The notes beneath the pieces were generated by a model. The model saw only the letters and a list, made by a program, of their open reading frames with translations, had not been told where the DNA came from and did no database searches. DNA of 64,000 bases, taken from assembly GCA_002427605.1 (NCBI GenBank), contig DIRT01000019.1, positions 7,214 to 71,213 on the forward strand. Direction: 5' to 3'. This DNA comes from Bacteroidales bacterium UBA5429. Its GTDB lineage: Bacteria; Bacteroidota; Bacteroidia; Bacteroidales; WCHB1-69. The stretch's first letter is position 1. Every line of letters begins with the position of its first letter. Positions 9,760-21,128 of the stretch are shown here, piece by piece. The position numbers and the translations under genes were made by a program.

Positions 9760-10783
9760 TTATTTGTTTGCTTTTTCTTCTTCGTTGTCGTACCACTCGA
9801 GATAAGCGTTGACGTGTGTTCTTCCAGCTTCCAGTAGGGCAGTTTTCTTTGCATCTTTGATGTCGAAATCGGTGGCTTTAACGTCCATAGTGTCGATGTA
9901 AATGGTGCGTTGCCAGTCGTCGCTATGCAGGTGGAGATTGATTTGGAAATCGATCAAAGTTGTGAAAAGAGCCTGGGTATAGTCAAAGAAGTTTTCTATT
10001 TTCCTTACAGGCGGTTCGGCATTGTCGCGGAACATGGATACTTCCTCTTTACCGTCTAAACGGAAGCCTAACGTCTCTTTATTATAAACATAATCAGCTA
10101 TTTTTCTGTTTTTGCTTTTAAGAGATTTATTTATTTTTTCATAATAATCCGTACGTGTCAGGTTTCCCTTAACATACTTTGTTCGGTCGAAAATTTTGAC
10201 CGGATAGTTGTCGAGCATGCCTCCATCCACATAAACGTCACTGCGGACATTCCTTACAGCGGCGAAGAAGAGCGGAATCGACATGGAGATTCGTGCTGCA
10301 TCGGCAATACAGTAACGGGGTGTGTGTTCGGCGGAGAATATTTCGGAAAAAACCGGTGGAGAGGTTTGTCCCCATCAAGTAGATGTCGAGAAAAGGACGC
10401 TTGCTAGATTACATGGCTTGAACGTCAGCAAAAGTGGCATTGCTGTTGCCGGTTTTTTTCTCAATAAGGTTACCAATGAACTCACGAAAGAAATCCCCTT
10501 TATACCAGCCAAATTCTTTAATCAACCGTCTGCTGTCTCTGGCAATACCCCAGGAATTATCCATGAAATTCTTGAAGTTGAGACTCCAGACAATATCTTT
10601 GATCTCATTCGGTTTGTAGCCTAATCCGACCAATATGGCGACAATGGCACCGGCCGAAGTGCCTGCCACACGTTCGATGTTTTGCAAAATGTTTCTTTCC
10701 TGGAGCACCTCGAGTGCACCGGCGTAGGCAATGCCTTTGACACCACCACCTTCGAAAATAAGGTACTTAAAGAAATAGTTCAT
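9760..10783 (-). pseudogene. Patatin-like phospholipase, disrupted
   Basis: GGGVKG, GTSAG and DGG motifs are split over two ORFs. There is an in-frame TAA at 10409-10411 and an extra base in the A6 run at 10347-10352. Removing both restores ...GTNLSTGFSEIFSAEHTP...ARISMSIPLFF. Confidence 0.85.
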
Positions 10784-10826
10784 GGCTTTATAGTATTAAA
10801 TGGTTAAAAATGAATATGATAACGGA

Positions 10827-12299
10827 TTATTTCTTACTCCAGCTTGTACCATCCTTACCGTCTTTTAATACAATATCAAGTTTTGCCAATTCATCCCGTA
10901 TTAAATCACTAGTTGCCCAGTCTTTTTTGGCGCGGGCTTCCGTGCGGATATTGATAATGGTCTGCATCAGTCCGTCAACAAGTTGATCGTCACCTCCCAA
11001 TTCACTTTCGAGCAATCCAAAGATATCGAAAACAAAAGCCTGGAAAAGTTGATTGAGCAGTGTCAGTTCTTCTTTATTGATCTTCAGGTTCCCATCTTTA
11101 ATAGAATTGGTGATACGCACAGCTTCAAACAGTCCGGCAATGGTGATAGGCGTATTGAAGTCGTCGTTCATGGCATCGTAGCACTCGTCCATAATTTTTT
11201 GAATGCCAATATTTTCTGCACCCTCTGTAGGGGATAGCTCTCGAGCGGTTGCAACGGCAGTCATCAAACGCTTGTAGCCCTTATCTGCGGCTTGTAGTGC
11301 TTCATTTGAGAAATCCAATGTACCACGATAGTGCGCTTGCAGAATGAAGAAGCGGATAGTCATAGGTTGATATGCCTGTTCCAACAGAGGATGATCACCG
11401 GTAAAAAACTGATTGAGCGTAATGAAATTGTTCAACGACTTACCCATTTTTTGTCCGTTAATGGTAATCATATTGTTGTGCATCCAATATTTTACAGACT
11501 CAATTCCATTGGCCACCGTACTTTGGCACACTTCCGATTCGTGGTGTGGGAAGATTAAGTCCATTCCCCCGCCATGAATGTCAAAGTGATCTCCTAAATA
11601 TTTGGTACTCATTGCAGTACATTCAATATGCCAACCCGGGAATCCGAGACTCCAGGGGGAGTTCCACTTCATGATATGTTCCGGTGCTGCCTTTTTCCAT
11701 AGGGCAAAATCAGCACTGTTTCGCTTCTCATCTTGTCCATCCAAAGTTCTGGTATTGGAGATCATCTCATCCAAGTTTCTGCCGGATAGTTTGCCGTAAC
11801 CAAAATCCTGATCAAATTTCACCACGTCAAAGTAAACAGACCCCTCAGATACGTAAGCATATCCTTTTTCAAGGATCTGTTGCACCATTTCAATCTGTTC
11901 AATGATATGACCGGAAGCGCGGGGCTCAATAGAGGGTCTCAGAACGTTTAATTTGTCCATAGCGAAGTGATAGCTGTCAATGTAGAATTGAGCGACTTCC
12001 ATGGGCTCTAATTGATCCAGACGTGCTTTTTTAGCAATCTTGTCTTCCCCTTCATCGGCGTCGTTTTCCAAGTGTCCAACATCGGTGATATTGCGCACGT
12101 ATCGCACTTGATATCCAACATGTTTTAGATATCTGAACACGATATCAAAAGTGATGGCAGGACGGGTATGCCCCAAATGGGGTTCTCCGTAAACGGTTGG
12201 TCCACACACATAAAGTCCGATTTTACCGGGAGTGATGGGTTCTAAAAGTTCTTTTTTCTTATGTAATGTGTTGTAAATAAAGATTTTGTCTTTGTTCAT
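10827..12299 (-). CDS. cysS: Cysteine--tRNA ligase
   Basis: [30 protein letters not shown] motifs. Confidence 0.97.
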   Translation of the reverse strand: MNKDKIFIYNTLHKKKELLEPITPGKIGLYVCGPTVYGEPHLGHTRPAITFDIVFRYLKHVGYQVRYVRNITDVGHLENDADEGEDKIAKKARLDQLEPMEVAQFYIDSYHFAMDKLNVLRPSIEPRASGHIIEQIEMVQQILEKGYAYVSEGSVYFDVVKFDQDFGYGKLSGRNLDEMISNTRTLDGQDEKRNSADFALWKKAAPEHIMKWNSPWSLGFPGWHIECTAMSTKYLGDHFDIHGGGMDLIFPHHESEVCQSTVANGIESVKYWMHNNMITINGQKMGKSLNNFITLNQFFTGDHPLLEQAYQPMTIRFFILQAHYRGTLDFSNEALQAADKGYKRLMTAVATARELSPTEGAENIGIQKIMDECYDAMNDDFNTPITIAGLFEAVRITNSIKDGNLKINKEELTLLNQLFQAFVFDIFGLLESELGGDDQLVDGLMQTIINIRTEARAKKDWATSDLIRDELAKLDIVLKDGKDGTSWSKK

Positions 12300-12304
12300 T
12301 TCTA

Positions 12305-14068
12305 TTATTTAAAAAGTGAATCTATCAGTTCTTTATGTTTTTTCATAATAAATTTTCTTCTCAATTTGAGAGTAGGAGTGAGTTCTCCGGTATCGACACT
12401 CCAGGAATATCCAATCAGTTTATATCGTTTAACCTGTTCAGTGTCTCCAAAGTTTTTATTACAGCGGTCTACGACCTTCTTAAATTGTTTCAGTACTTCC
12501 TGATGTTGAATCATTTCTTCGTTGGTAGTGTACGTAATTCCTTTGTTGTTACACCAGTTTCTCAGGTCGTTGAATTCCGGAACAATCAATGCGGCGGCAT
12601 AGGGTTGATTTTCACCGACAACCATAATAGCGTCAATAATCGATTCCTCAGCAAATTTATTTTCAATGATGGTGGGAACAACATATTTTCCAAAAGCGGT
12701 CTTAAACATCTCTTTTTTCCGTCCTGTGATTCGTAGTTGTCCTTCCGGTTCAAACTCACCGATGTCGCCGGTGTGAAACCATCCCTCCTCATCAATCGCC
12801 TCAGCAGTTAGTTCGGGCGATTTAAAGTAGCCTTTCATTACACAATGTCCCCGGGTTAAGACCTCTCCATCTTCACCGATTTTGACTTCAATTCCCGGTA
12901 GGGGAGGACCTACAGTACCAATTTTAAGTCCATCGGGGAAGAAGTTACTTACGGCTATAACCGGAGATGTTTCGGTCAATCCGTATCCTTCCAAAACGGG
13001 CACATCCATAGCCCAAAAGATTCTGCTGATACGGGGCTGAATGGAAGCTCCGCCGGAAACTATGACAGAAAAGTTTCCTCCCAAAGCATTTTTCCACTTG
13101 GAGAGCACTAATTTTCTGGCAATTTTTAACTTTTTCCGGTAGATCCAGGATTTCCCTTCCAGTTCAAAGTCTTGTGCAATTTTATTAGCCCAGAAGAAGA
13201 TCCTTTTCTTCACTCCTTTTTGTTTATGTCCAACAGCTATAATTCTGTCATAGAATTTTTCCAACAATCTGGGAACAGTGGTGAAAATATCGGGTCGGAT
13301 CTCTTTTAAGTCGTCCGCAATTGTGGCAATGTTTTCGGTATAATAGATTGATATTCCGAGATATTGCCAGGCATAGATCATCATTCTTTCATATACGTGA
13401 CAGAGTGGCAAATAGCTTAAACACCGGCTATTATCCCTGATTGGAATGATGGGGAGAACCGCTTTCACATTGTTGAGGATATTGGCATGAGTCAGCATCG
13501 CTCCCTTGGGATTTCCGGTTGTGCCGGAGGTGTAGATCAGCGTTACGACATCATCGGGAGTGATAGAATCTTTGATCTCTTCCAGATATTGCGGACTGGG
13601 ATTGGCAATACCCAACTCAATCACTTCATTCAGGTGTTTGTACCCTCTTAAGTTTCTGAATGTATAAACCTGACCTTCCAAAGCAGGAATCCGATCGATA
13701 ATGTTTTGGATCTTTCTTAACAGATCCCATCCGGAAACGAAAACCATCTTCACTTCAGCGTGGTTGAGGATATATTCGTAATCGGACTCACTGATGGTAG
13801 GGTAGATGGAAACGTGGATTGCTCCCAACTGGTGCAAAGCCATATCCAGAAAGTTCCATTCGGGTCTGTTATTGCTGATAGAAGCAATCCGATCCCCTTT
13901 TTTAACACCCAATTGCATCAATCCGTAGGAGATATAATTGACTTTATCGATATATTGTTTAGTGCTATAGGTAACCCAAACACCATTCTCTTTTCCTGCT
14001 AAAGCGTCATCTTTTGGAAAATAAGTAGCGTAATGAGGCAACAAATCAAAAAGTCGTGTTATTTCCAT
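12305..14068 (-). CDS. Long-chain fatty acid--CoA ligase (AMP-dependent synthetase)
   Basis: [25 protein letters not shown]. Start placed at MEITRLFD, downstream of a TAnnTTTG box near 14088-14095. Confidence 0.92.
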   Translation of the reverse strand: MEITRLFDLLPHYATYFPKDDALAGKENGVWVTYSTKQYIDKVNYISYGLMQLGVKKGDRIASISNNRPEWNFLDMALHQLGAIHVSIYPTISESDYEYILNHAEVKMVFVSGWDLLRKIQNIIDRIPALEGQVYTFRNLRGYKHLNEVIELGIANPSPQYLEEIKDSITPDDVVTLIYTSGTTGNPKGAMLTHANILNNVKAVLPIIPIRDNSRCLSYLPLCHVYERMMIYAWQYLGISIYYTENIATIADDLKEIRPDIFTTVPRLLEKFYDRIIAVGHKQKGVKKRIFFWANKIAQDFELEGKSWIYRKKLKIARKLVLSKWKNALGGNFSVIVSGGASIQPRISRIFWAMDVPVLEGYGLTETSPVIAVSNFFPDGLKIGTVGPPLPGIEVKIGEDGEVLTRGHCVMKGYFKSPELTAEAIDEEGWFHTGDIGEFEPEGQLRITGRKKEMFKTAFGKYVVPTIIENKFAEESIIDAIMVVGENQPYAAALIVPEFNDLRNWCNNKGITYTTNEEMIQHQEVLKQFKKVVDRCNKNFGDTEQVKRYKLIGYSWSVDTGELTPTLKLRRKFIMKKHKELIDSLFK

Positions 14069-14140
14069 AATAACAAAATTTATTATGCAAAAGTACAAAG
14101 AAATTTTTATTTATACGATTGATTTGCGAAATTCTAAAAA

Positions 14141-17100
14141 TCAATAATTCTCCATTTTCAAAAGCCAGTCGATTGCCTGCTGAACATGAGTGATGTTTTT
14201 GATGATGAGCTGCGGTTTATTATTGTGCAGTTTCAGTTCCACTTTGGGATGATACTTTTGCAGCAATGTCAATATTTTATTGAACTGGTCAGATTGGAAG
14301 AAAGGATCATCACTGTTGCCGAAAAAGGAGCCGGTTAGCATTCGTTTCTTCAGCGATATCTTTTCCAGGTTGTATTCAACCGCAATTTTCCGGAGTGGGA
14401 CAATCAGCAGCAGTTGTTCCGTTTCAGAGGGCAGCGGTCCGAAAATGTCGATCAGTTTTTTTCTGAACTGATTCAGTTTTTCCTCTGTATGAATCGCATC
14501 CAGCTCCTTGTAGAGGCTCATCCGCTCATTGACACTCTTAACGTAGTCGGAGGGGAGTTGCAGTCCCAAATCGGTCTCAATCAGGCACTCTTTCGGGATT
14601 AAATCTACCTGATCTGCGAGTTGATCTCCCCACTCACTATCCCGAAGCTCTACCATCGCCTCCTGGATGATCTTTTGGTACATTTCATACCCCATTTCAT
14701 TGATAAATCCGCTTTGTTCAGCACCCAGAATATCGCCTGCTCCCCGAATATCCAAATCCCGCATGGCAATTTGAAAACCGCTTCCGATATCTGAAAACTC
14801 TTTGATCGCTCTAAGACGTTTGCGAGCAATATCAGTCAAAATTTCAGTCGAAGGAACCATCAGATAGCAAAATGCCTGTTTATTGTTTCTTCCCACTCTT
14901 CCGCGCAACTGGTGTAAAACGTTGAGTGCGTAGTTTTGTGCATCGTTGATAATCATGGTGTTGGCGTTGGAGATGTCCAGTCCCGACTCAATAATAGTGG
15001 TAGCGACCAACACATCATAATGCCCATTCATAAAATCGAGCATCACTTTTTCCAACTGAGCGCCCTCCATCTGACCATGTCCGACACCCACTCTGGCATC
15101 CGGAACCAGTTCCTGAACCATTGCGGCAACCTCCATGATGTTGACAATCTTGTTGTTCACAAAAAAGACTTGTCCCCCTCGTGCCATCTCGAAAGTGATC
15201 GCATTGCGAATCACATCCTTGTCAAAATTGTGCACTTCGGTTTGGATTGGATATCTGTTTGGGGGTGGGGTATTAATCACAGAAATATCCCGGACGCCCA
15301 TCAGTGAGAACTGTAGCGTTCTGGGAATTGGAGTTGCAGACATGGTCAGCGTGTCGATGGTTGTTTTTTTCTCCCTGATCTTCTCTTTTGCCGCCACGCC
15401 AAACTTTTGCTCTTCGTCGATCACAAGCAGTCCTAAGTCCTTAAAAATAACATCTTTACTCAATAGTCTGTGGGTGCCGATGAGGATGTCCACCCCCCCG
15501 TTTTTTAATTTTTCCAACGTATTCTTAATCTCTTTACCACTCTTGAAACGATTGATATAATCGACAGTAACGGGAAACTCCTTCAAACGCTCTTTAAACC
15601 GATTGTAATGCTGGAAAGTAAGCACGGTGGTAGGTGCCAGAATCGCGACCTGTTTATTGTCGCACACCGCCTTAAATGCTGCCCGAATCGCGATTTCCGT
15701 TTTACCGAATCCGACATCGCCGCACACCAAACGATCCATCGGGCGATCCTGTTCCATATCCGCCTTCACCGCCTGCGTGGTTTTGTACTGATCCGGCGTA
15801 TCCTCGTACATAAAAGAGGCTTCCAACTCCGTTTGGAGGTAGGATTCCGGCGAAAAAGCAAATCCCGGCTTGGCTTTCCTTTCAGCATAAAGCCTGGCAA
15901 GGTCGATCACCATCTCCTTTACTCTTCTTTTGCTCTTATCCTTAGTCCGCTGCCACGCACTGGACCCCAGTTTGTGTAAAGTCGGTGCCGTACCCTCTTT
16001 CCCGTTATATTTGCTCAGTTTATGCAACCCGTGGATACTCATGTAAAGCTGCGCCCCATCTTTGTAAGTCAGCTGAATCGCCTCCTGCAGCTTTCCGTTC
16101 ACCTCCATCTTCGTCAGCCCTTCATAAATCCCGATTCCGTAGTTGACATGCACCACATAATCCCCTTGCTGCAGGTCAAAAAGTTCCTTCAACGAGAAAG
16201 ATTCGCTCTTTTTATAGCGGTCCCGAACCACAAACCGGTGATACTTCTCAAAAAACTGGTGATCCGTATAAACACACAATTTTCCTTCCTCATCCCGAAA
16301 TCCTTCATGTAATGTAATGGGTTGAGAATAAAATAGTTGTTCCACTTCATAAGTTGTGTGATGCGCCTCATTATACTCAGCCAGCAGGTCCTGCATGATC
16401 TTTTTAATCCGTTCGTGCTGGTTACTATTGGGCGATAAAAAATGCGTTTCGTACCCTCGTTCCAAATTATCGATCCATTCTTCAAGCAGGTAATCGAAAT
16501 TTTTATTGAAGTGGTGTTGTGGTTTTATTTTAAAGTCATAATTTTGAAAAAAAATAAATAGGGGGGAGCCAATCTGTAGCAGTTGGAACCGTTGTAGCTC
16601 CTCTTCCATCTGTTCCCCGCTTAAGAAAAAGTGTGGCACTCCCTGGTCATAGTCCCACTGTTTCTCAAAGTTTCTCCACTGATGTTCTACAAAGGAGCGG
16701 ATGGTGGGAAACTCGTTGACCCAGATGATCGTTTCCGGATCCAGAAACTCAAACAGGGAGACCTGTCTGTTTTGGTTCATCCCGGAAGTGAGTGCCGGCA
16801 TGATATGGATCTGATCTACCTCTTTCACAGAGAGTTGCGTACCGGGATCAAACATCCGGATATTGTGGATTGTCTCCTCTTCAAACTCAATCCGAAACGG
16901 ATACTCTTCCGAGTAGGAAAAGATATCGAAAATGGCACCCCGCCATGCAAATTGACCCGGTTCAAATACAAAATCCTCTTGTTTATACTCAAATGTGTAG
17001 AGGAACTCCAAAAAGATTTCCGGTGGGACAACCTCTCCCTTTTTAATCTCAAACCGATTCTCTTTGAGATAGGTTGGAGAAGCCATTTTCTCGATCATCG

Positions 17101-17473
17101 CATCGGGATAGCTGACAATCAGGACCGGCTCTTGCGATGAGATCAGCTTATCGGCAATCTCAGAGCGCAGTTTCAGGTTGGTAACATCCGGATTATGAGG
17201 GTCAAAAGTGCGGGTAAAGCTGGACGGGAAAAAGTGTACTTTTTTGTCCTGTAGAGCCTGTTCCTCATCTTTCAGGAGTGTTTCCAGATCGTGGTAAAAG
17301 AAAGCGGCACTCTCTTTATCCGGCAGGATGATCAGCTGTTTATTGCCGACCTGCATGAAGCTATTGGCACAAAGTAGCGCCTGCGAGGAGCCCGCCAATC
17401 CGGTTAGCGAAAGGTTCTGTTTCTGTTGTAAGGATTCTATAAAAGGTTCAAAATCAGGATGTTTGAATTGCAT
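14141..17473 (-). CDS. mfd: Transcription-repair coupling factor
   Basis: GDYVVHVNYGIG RID domain, CGDVGFGKT, DEEQKFG, QLRGRVGR, TRCF C-terminal domain. Confidence 0.97.
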   Translation of the reverse strand: MQFKHPDFEPFIESLQQKQNLSLTGLAGSSQALLCANSFMQVGNKQLIILPDKESAAFFYHDLETLLKDEEQALQDKKVHFFPSSFTRTFDPHNPDVTNLKLRSEIADKLISSQEPVLIVSYPDAMIEKMASPTYLKENRFEIKKGEVVPPEIFLEFLYTFEYKQEDFVFEPGQFAWRGAIFDIFSYSEEYPFRIEFEEETIHNIRMFDPGTQLSVKEVDQIHIMPALTSGMNQNRQVSLFEFLDPETIIWVNEFPTIRSFVEHQWRNFEKQWDYDQGVPHFFLSGEQMEEELQRFQLLQIGSPLFIFFQNYDFKIKPQHHFNKNFDYLLEEWIDNLERGYETHFLSPNSNQHERIKKIMQDLLAEYNEAHHTTYEVEQLFYSQPITLHEGFRDEEGKLCVYTDHQFFEKYHRFVVRDRYKKSESFSLKELFDLQQGDYVVHVNYGIGIYEGLTKMEVNGKLQEAIQLTYKDGAQLYMSIHGLHKLSKYNGKEGTAPTLHKLGSSAWQRTKDKSKRRVKEMVIDLARLYAERKAKPGFAFSPESYLQTELEASFMYEDTPDQYKTTQAVKADMEQDRPMDRLVCGDVGFGKTEIAIRAAFKAVCDNKQVAILAPTTVLTFQHYNRFKERLKEFPVTVDYINRFKSGKEIKNTLEKLKNGGVDILIGTHRLLSKDVIFKDLGLLVIDEEQKFGVAAKEKIREKKTTIDTLTMSATPIPRTLQFSLMGVRDISVINTPPPNRYPIQTEVHNFDKDVIRNAITFEMARGGQVFFVNNKIVNIMEVAAMVQELVPDARVGVGHGQMEGAQLEKVMLDFMNGHYDVLVATTIIESGLDISNANTMIINDAQNYALNVLHQLRGRVGRNNKQAFCYLMVPSTEILTDIARKRLRAIKEFSDIGSGFQIAMRDLDIRGAGDILGAEQSGFINEMGYEMYQKIIQEAMVELRDSEWGDQLADQVDLIPKECLIETDLGLQLPSDYVKSVNERMSLYKELDAIHTEEKLNQFRKKLIDIFGPLPSETEQLLLIVPLRKIAVEYNLEKISLKKRMLTGSFFGNSDDPFFQSDQFNKILTLLQKYHPKVELKLHNNKPQLIIKNITHVQQAIDWLLKMENY

Positions 17474-17543
17474 TACCGTAGTCTCGTTGAAAAGTTTTAA
17501 GGTTTATTGCGACATGTCAGCTCAGGCGACAAAGGTAAGAAAA

Positions 17544-17590
17544 ATTTCGGATTTCGGATTTCGTAATTCGTCATTCGTAATTCGTCATTG
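17544..17590. repeat. Heptamer tandem array (ATTTCGG/AATTCGT/CATTCGT)
   Basis: About 6.5 in-phase 7-mers between the OsmC-family stop codon and the mfd promoter. Confidence 0.8.
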
Positions 17591-18013
17591 TCACACGTTT
17601 TTTCCATTCACAACAATTGCTGTTGTTAGATTCAGCGCTTGTTTCAGCGTGTAACTTACTCCGCAATATTTTTCTTCAGAGAGGTTGACAGCATTTTTGA
17701 TTTTGTCAATATTCAAATCGGTGCCGGTAAACTCGTAAGTTACCCTGATCTCCTTGTAATGTTTGGGGTGTTCATCGGTTAATTCACCTTCCACTTTTAC
17801 ATTGAAAGTGTCGAATTGAACACGCATTTTTTTGAGGATGGAAACGACATCCATTCCGGTGCATCCTCCTAAGGCAGTTAAAATCAACGGTTTCGGTCTG
17901 GGACCGGCATTTTTTCCGCCAAACTCCTCTTTAGCATCAATAATAATTTCATGGCCATCCACTTCCGACGTGAACTCCATTCCTTCATTCCAACGTACAT
18001 TTACTGTATTCAT
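17591..18013 (-). CDS. OsmC/YhfA family protein
   Basis: GPRPKPLILTALGGCTGMDV and EKYCGV two-Cys pattern. Confidence 0.9.
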   Translation of the reverse strand: MNTVNVRWNEGMEFTSEVDGHEIIIDAKEEFGGKNAGPRPKPLILTALGGCTGMDVVSILKKMRVQFDTFNVKVEGELTDEHPKHYKEIRVTYEFTGTDLNIDKIKNAVNLSEEKYCGVSYTLKQALNLTTAIVVNGKNV

Positions 18014-18064
18014 AATATTTTTGTTTTAATGGTTAGTCAAGTCAAAACGTTAAAATGGGAAATA

Positions 18065-18420
18065 TATTGTAAGGACAGGCGCGACCTGCCGCTGCGATAA
18101 AATGGGATTACAGCAATGTCTTACTTCTTATTTCTTTCTTCTTATTTGGTATTTAAAATAAATGGGGGGCAGAAAAGGTGTTCCATTTTAGTTATTATAT
18201 TTCCCCACTCTGGAATGTTTGACCTTTTTGGACATGTGTGATCAATTACGAATTACGAATCTGACCACCCCGCCCTTCGGGCACCCCTCCTGCAACAAGA
18301 GGGGAGTTGATTTCGGAAGTTTTAAATTTAGAATTTAGAATTTAGAATTATTTGACTGATTATCAAGAAGTTATATTTTCACCTCAAACTATTTCGACTT
18401 TCGACTTTCGACTTTTTTCC
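18065..18420 (-). repeat. Composite intergenic element B
   Basis: Degenerate GTAG-type REP 18069-18090, 48-bp core on the minus strand 18164-18211, (AATTACG)2 at 18244, CCCCTCC-type palindrome 18264-18306, (TTTAGAA)3, (TTTCGAC)3. Confidence 0.85.
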
Positions 18421-18446
18421 AGCAGAGCAATAAACTATCCATTTTT

Positions 18447-20318
18447 TTAGATTTGCCCTAAATCAATCAGTTTTCTCATAATTTCGATCACTTTTTTTTC
18501 GGGGAACTGCTTGGAAACCTCCCGGATGATCTCGTCGTAGGGAGTGCCGCGGTGTTTTAATATTTGCTCTACCATCTCTTTCTCTTCTTTCAGGCGGATT
18601 TGGTTTTTATGCCAGCGCAAACAGACATCGCAAGTGCCGCAGGGGGTGCTTTTGGTTTCGCCGAAGTAGGCTAACAGAAGCTGTGAACGACACTGGTCTG
18701 TCGATTCTACAAAGTGCAACACCGCATTCAATCGTTTGGCAGCAACCTCTTTGCGCTCTTTGTAAATGGCGTCATCAAAATAAAGATAATTGGAGTCAAC
18801 ACGATTTTCCAAGAAACTGATCTGTGGTGTTTTAGTCCTTGGGATATAGGTGAGCACTCCCATTTGACTCAATGTTCGCAGGTCGTTCATGATTCTACTC
18901 ACCTCGGTTTCGGAGCGGGTAGCGAGATTTTCTTCGTAGATTTTGATATAGTTCGTGAAAATTCCTCCATAAGTGCGCAAAAGCAGTTTGATCAGCCACT
19001 CGTATTGAGGCTCTTTTTTGTAAAACTGCTCCAACTTTTTGTCTCTCATCACCATCGTGACTACAGAAACCCGTTTCCCATCCTCATTCATCATCAGGAC
19101 GCCGATTTTGTCCAAAAAGGAGATGCAGTAGTAGAGTTCTAAAGGCTTGATATCAATCTGTTTAGCTACTTCGTTTATCTGAAAGTCGAAAGTACTGTTT
19201 TCTCCATATCCTAAAGGAATCCGGTAGTAATTGCAGAGCGCATCGTAACTTTTTCGAATCAGGGAGATAGGAGGGAAGGAGTTCTCAAAACTTTCTTTAA
19301 GTTCTTTGATATCTCCATCATCATACAGCATGACTGCAGTCGAGGGTTTCAGGTCTCTGCCGCCTCGTCCCGCCTCCTGGAAATAGGCTTCCAGCGTGTC
19401 CGGAATGTCGAGGTGGATCACCCAGCGTACATCCGGCTTGTCGATTCCCATTCCAAAAGCATTAGTCGAAACGATGACGCGGGTTTTGTCGTTCATCCAG
19501 TCGTTCTGCTTGGCATCCCGCACCTCGGCAGAGAGTCCCGCATGGTAAAAGTCTGCCGTAATGTTGTGTGCCGCAATATATTCCGCAATCTCTTTGGTTT
19601 TTCTTCTGTTGCGGACATACACAATGCCCGTGCCTGGATAATGGTTGATCACGCGGATCATCCTGCCCATCTTATTTTGCTCTTTGACAACCATATAGGT
19701 CAGATTGTCCCTCTTGAAGCTTTTCTGAAAGGTGTTCAACTCAGGGAAGCCCAGCTTTTCCTGAATATCCACGACTACTTCCGGGGTGGCTGTGGCAGTG
19801 AGTGCCAAAACGGGCACATCGGGAAGATATTCTCTGATTTTGCTGATCTCCAAATAGGGGGGACGAAAGTCGTAGCCCCACTGGGAGATACAGTGCGCTT
19901 CATCGACAGCGAGCAGGGAGACATTCATTTGCTGCAAGTGGTTGATAAAGAGCGGGGTTTTCAATCTTTCCGGTGAAACATAGAGAAACTTGACGCTATC
20001 TCCATAAACACAGTTGCTAAGCATCGATTCGATCTCGCGGGTAGAGAGTCCGGAGTAGATTGCTCCGGCATTGATACCCCGTTTTTTGAGATTCTCAACC
20101 TGATCTTTCATGAGTGCAATGAGGGGCGAAATTACTATACAGATGCCCTCTTTGACCAATCCCGGAACCTGAAAGCAGATCGACTTTCCTCCTCCCGTGG
20201 GGAGCAGTGCCAGGGTGTCTTTCCCTTCCAGAACGGAGAGGATAATATCCTCCTGCAACTCCCTGAAACGGTCGTAACCCCAATAATCTTTTAAAACTGC
20301 CCTGATCTGTTCTTTCAT
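18447..20318 (-). CDS. RecQ-family ATP-dependent DNA helicase (second paralog, no HRDC)
   Basis: LPTGGGKS, DEAHCISQWGYDFRP, QEAGRGGRD, Zn motif CR...YFGE...CGTCDVC. Confidence 0.92.
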   Translation of the reverse strand: MKEQIRAVLKDYWGYDRFRELQEDIILSVLEGKDTLALLPTGGGKSICFQVPGLVKEGICIVISPLIALMKDQVENLKKRGINAGAIYSGLSTREIESMLSNCVYGDSVKFLYVSPERLKTPLFINHLQQMNVSLLAVDEAHCISQWGYDFRPPYLEISKIREYLPDVPVLALTATATPEVVVDIQEKLGFPELNTFQKSFKRDNLTYMVVKEQNKMGRMIRVINHYPGTGIVYVRNRRKTKEIAEYIAAHNITADFYHAGLSAEVRDAKQNDWMNDKTRVIVSTNAFGMGIDKPDVRWVIHLDIPDTLEAYFQEAGRGGRDLKPSTAVMLYDDGDIKELKESFENSFPPISLIRKSYDALCNYYRIPLGYGENSTFDFQINEVAKQIDIKPLELYYCISFLDKIGVLMMNEDGKRVSVVTMVMRDKKLEQFYKKEPQYEWLIKLLLRTYGGIFTNYIKIYEENLATRSETEVSRIMNDLRTLSQMGVLTYIPRTKTPQISFLENRVDSNYLYFDDAIYKERKEVAAKRLNAVLHFVESTDQCRSQLLLAYFGETKSTPCGTCDVCLRWHKNQIRLKEEKEMVEQILKHRGTPYDEIIREVSKQFPEKKVIEIMRKLIDLGQI

Positions 20319-21085
20319 GCTTCAGTGGTTGAGTGAGGAGGTAGAAAGATCACCTCCTTGTAGTTACAAGTGAAGAGGGTACCCCCTTCTCCTTGAATGA
20401 GAAGTTGTCCGTATGGGCTCAAACCTACGATAGTGCCACGCATTTCCTGCCCCCCTATTTTATAATTTCCTAAAGATAAATAACGATAAAAATGTTGAAA
20501 GTATTGCTTTTCGATAGTGTCCCATTCCTGATTGATGATCAGACCGTACAATTCATCCAATTTCGCTGCCAATTCGTGAGCTATCTGATCAACGTCGTAT
20601 AATTGGTTGGTAATCAGCGCCATCGAAGTGGGATTAGGTAAGGTAGGGTCGAAATCAATTTGATTGATATTGATACCAACACCGGCAATGGTAGCTTTGA
20701 TCTCCTCGCCCTGGATGAGGTGATGGATCAGAATGCCGGCAATCTTTTTCTCATTTACATAGATGTCGTTCGGCCACTTAATCTGAGGATTGGGCAGGTA
20801 TTGCGCCAGCAAATCGCGGATCGCCACAGCAAAATACTGATTGAAAATGAACTGCTTCTGAGCGGGTAGCGGCGGACGAAAGAGGGCACTGAAAGCGAGA
20901 TTTTTCAGGGGTTCACTCAGCCATCGATTATCGGCTAATCCCTTGCCTTCCGTTTGGTGATTGGTATAAATTGCGTAAAAAAGAGTACCCGCTTCCCAGT
21001 TTTCGAGGTAAAGAGGGTAGGACTCCATGAACGTAACATTCGTAGAATGAGCAGATTCAATAAATTTTAATCGGGATGGTTTCAT
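20315..21085 (-). CDS. birA: Biotin--[acetyl-CoA-carboxylase] ligase (no HTH)
   Basis: STN, QTEGKG...W, KWPNDI...KIAGIL, GIGINI. Confidence 0.9.
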   Translation of the reverse strand: MKPSRLKFIESAHSTNVTFMESYPLYLENWEAGTLFYAIYTNHQTEGKGLADNRWLSEPLKNLAFSALFRPPLPAQKQFIFNQYFAVAIRDLLAQYLPNPQIKWPNDIYVNEKKIAGILIHHLIQGEEIKATIAGVGININQIDFDPTLPNPTSMALITNQLYDVDQIAHELAAKLDELYGLIINQEWDTIEKQYFQHFYRYLSLGNYKIGGQEMRGTIVGLSPYGQLLIQGEGGTLFTCNYKEVIFLPPHSTTEA

Positions 21086-21128
21086 TCGACAAAAATAAGT
21101 ATCTTTGCGAGATAAAAAAACAACTTCG

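Noticed and set aside
10409-10411. Stop-codon readthrough or alternative genetic code in the patatin gene
   Set aside because: TAA is the normal stop for many genes here and a separate frameshift lies about 60 bp away; a pseudogene is simpler.
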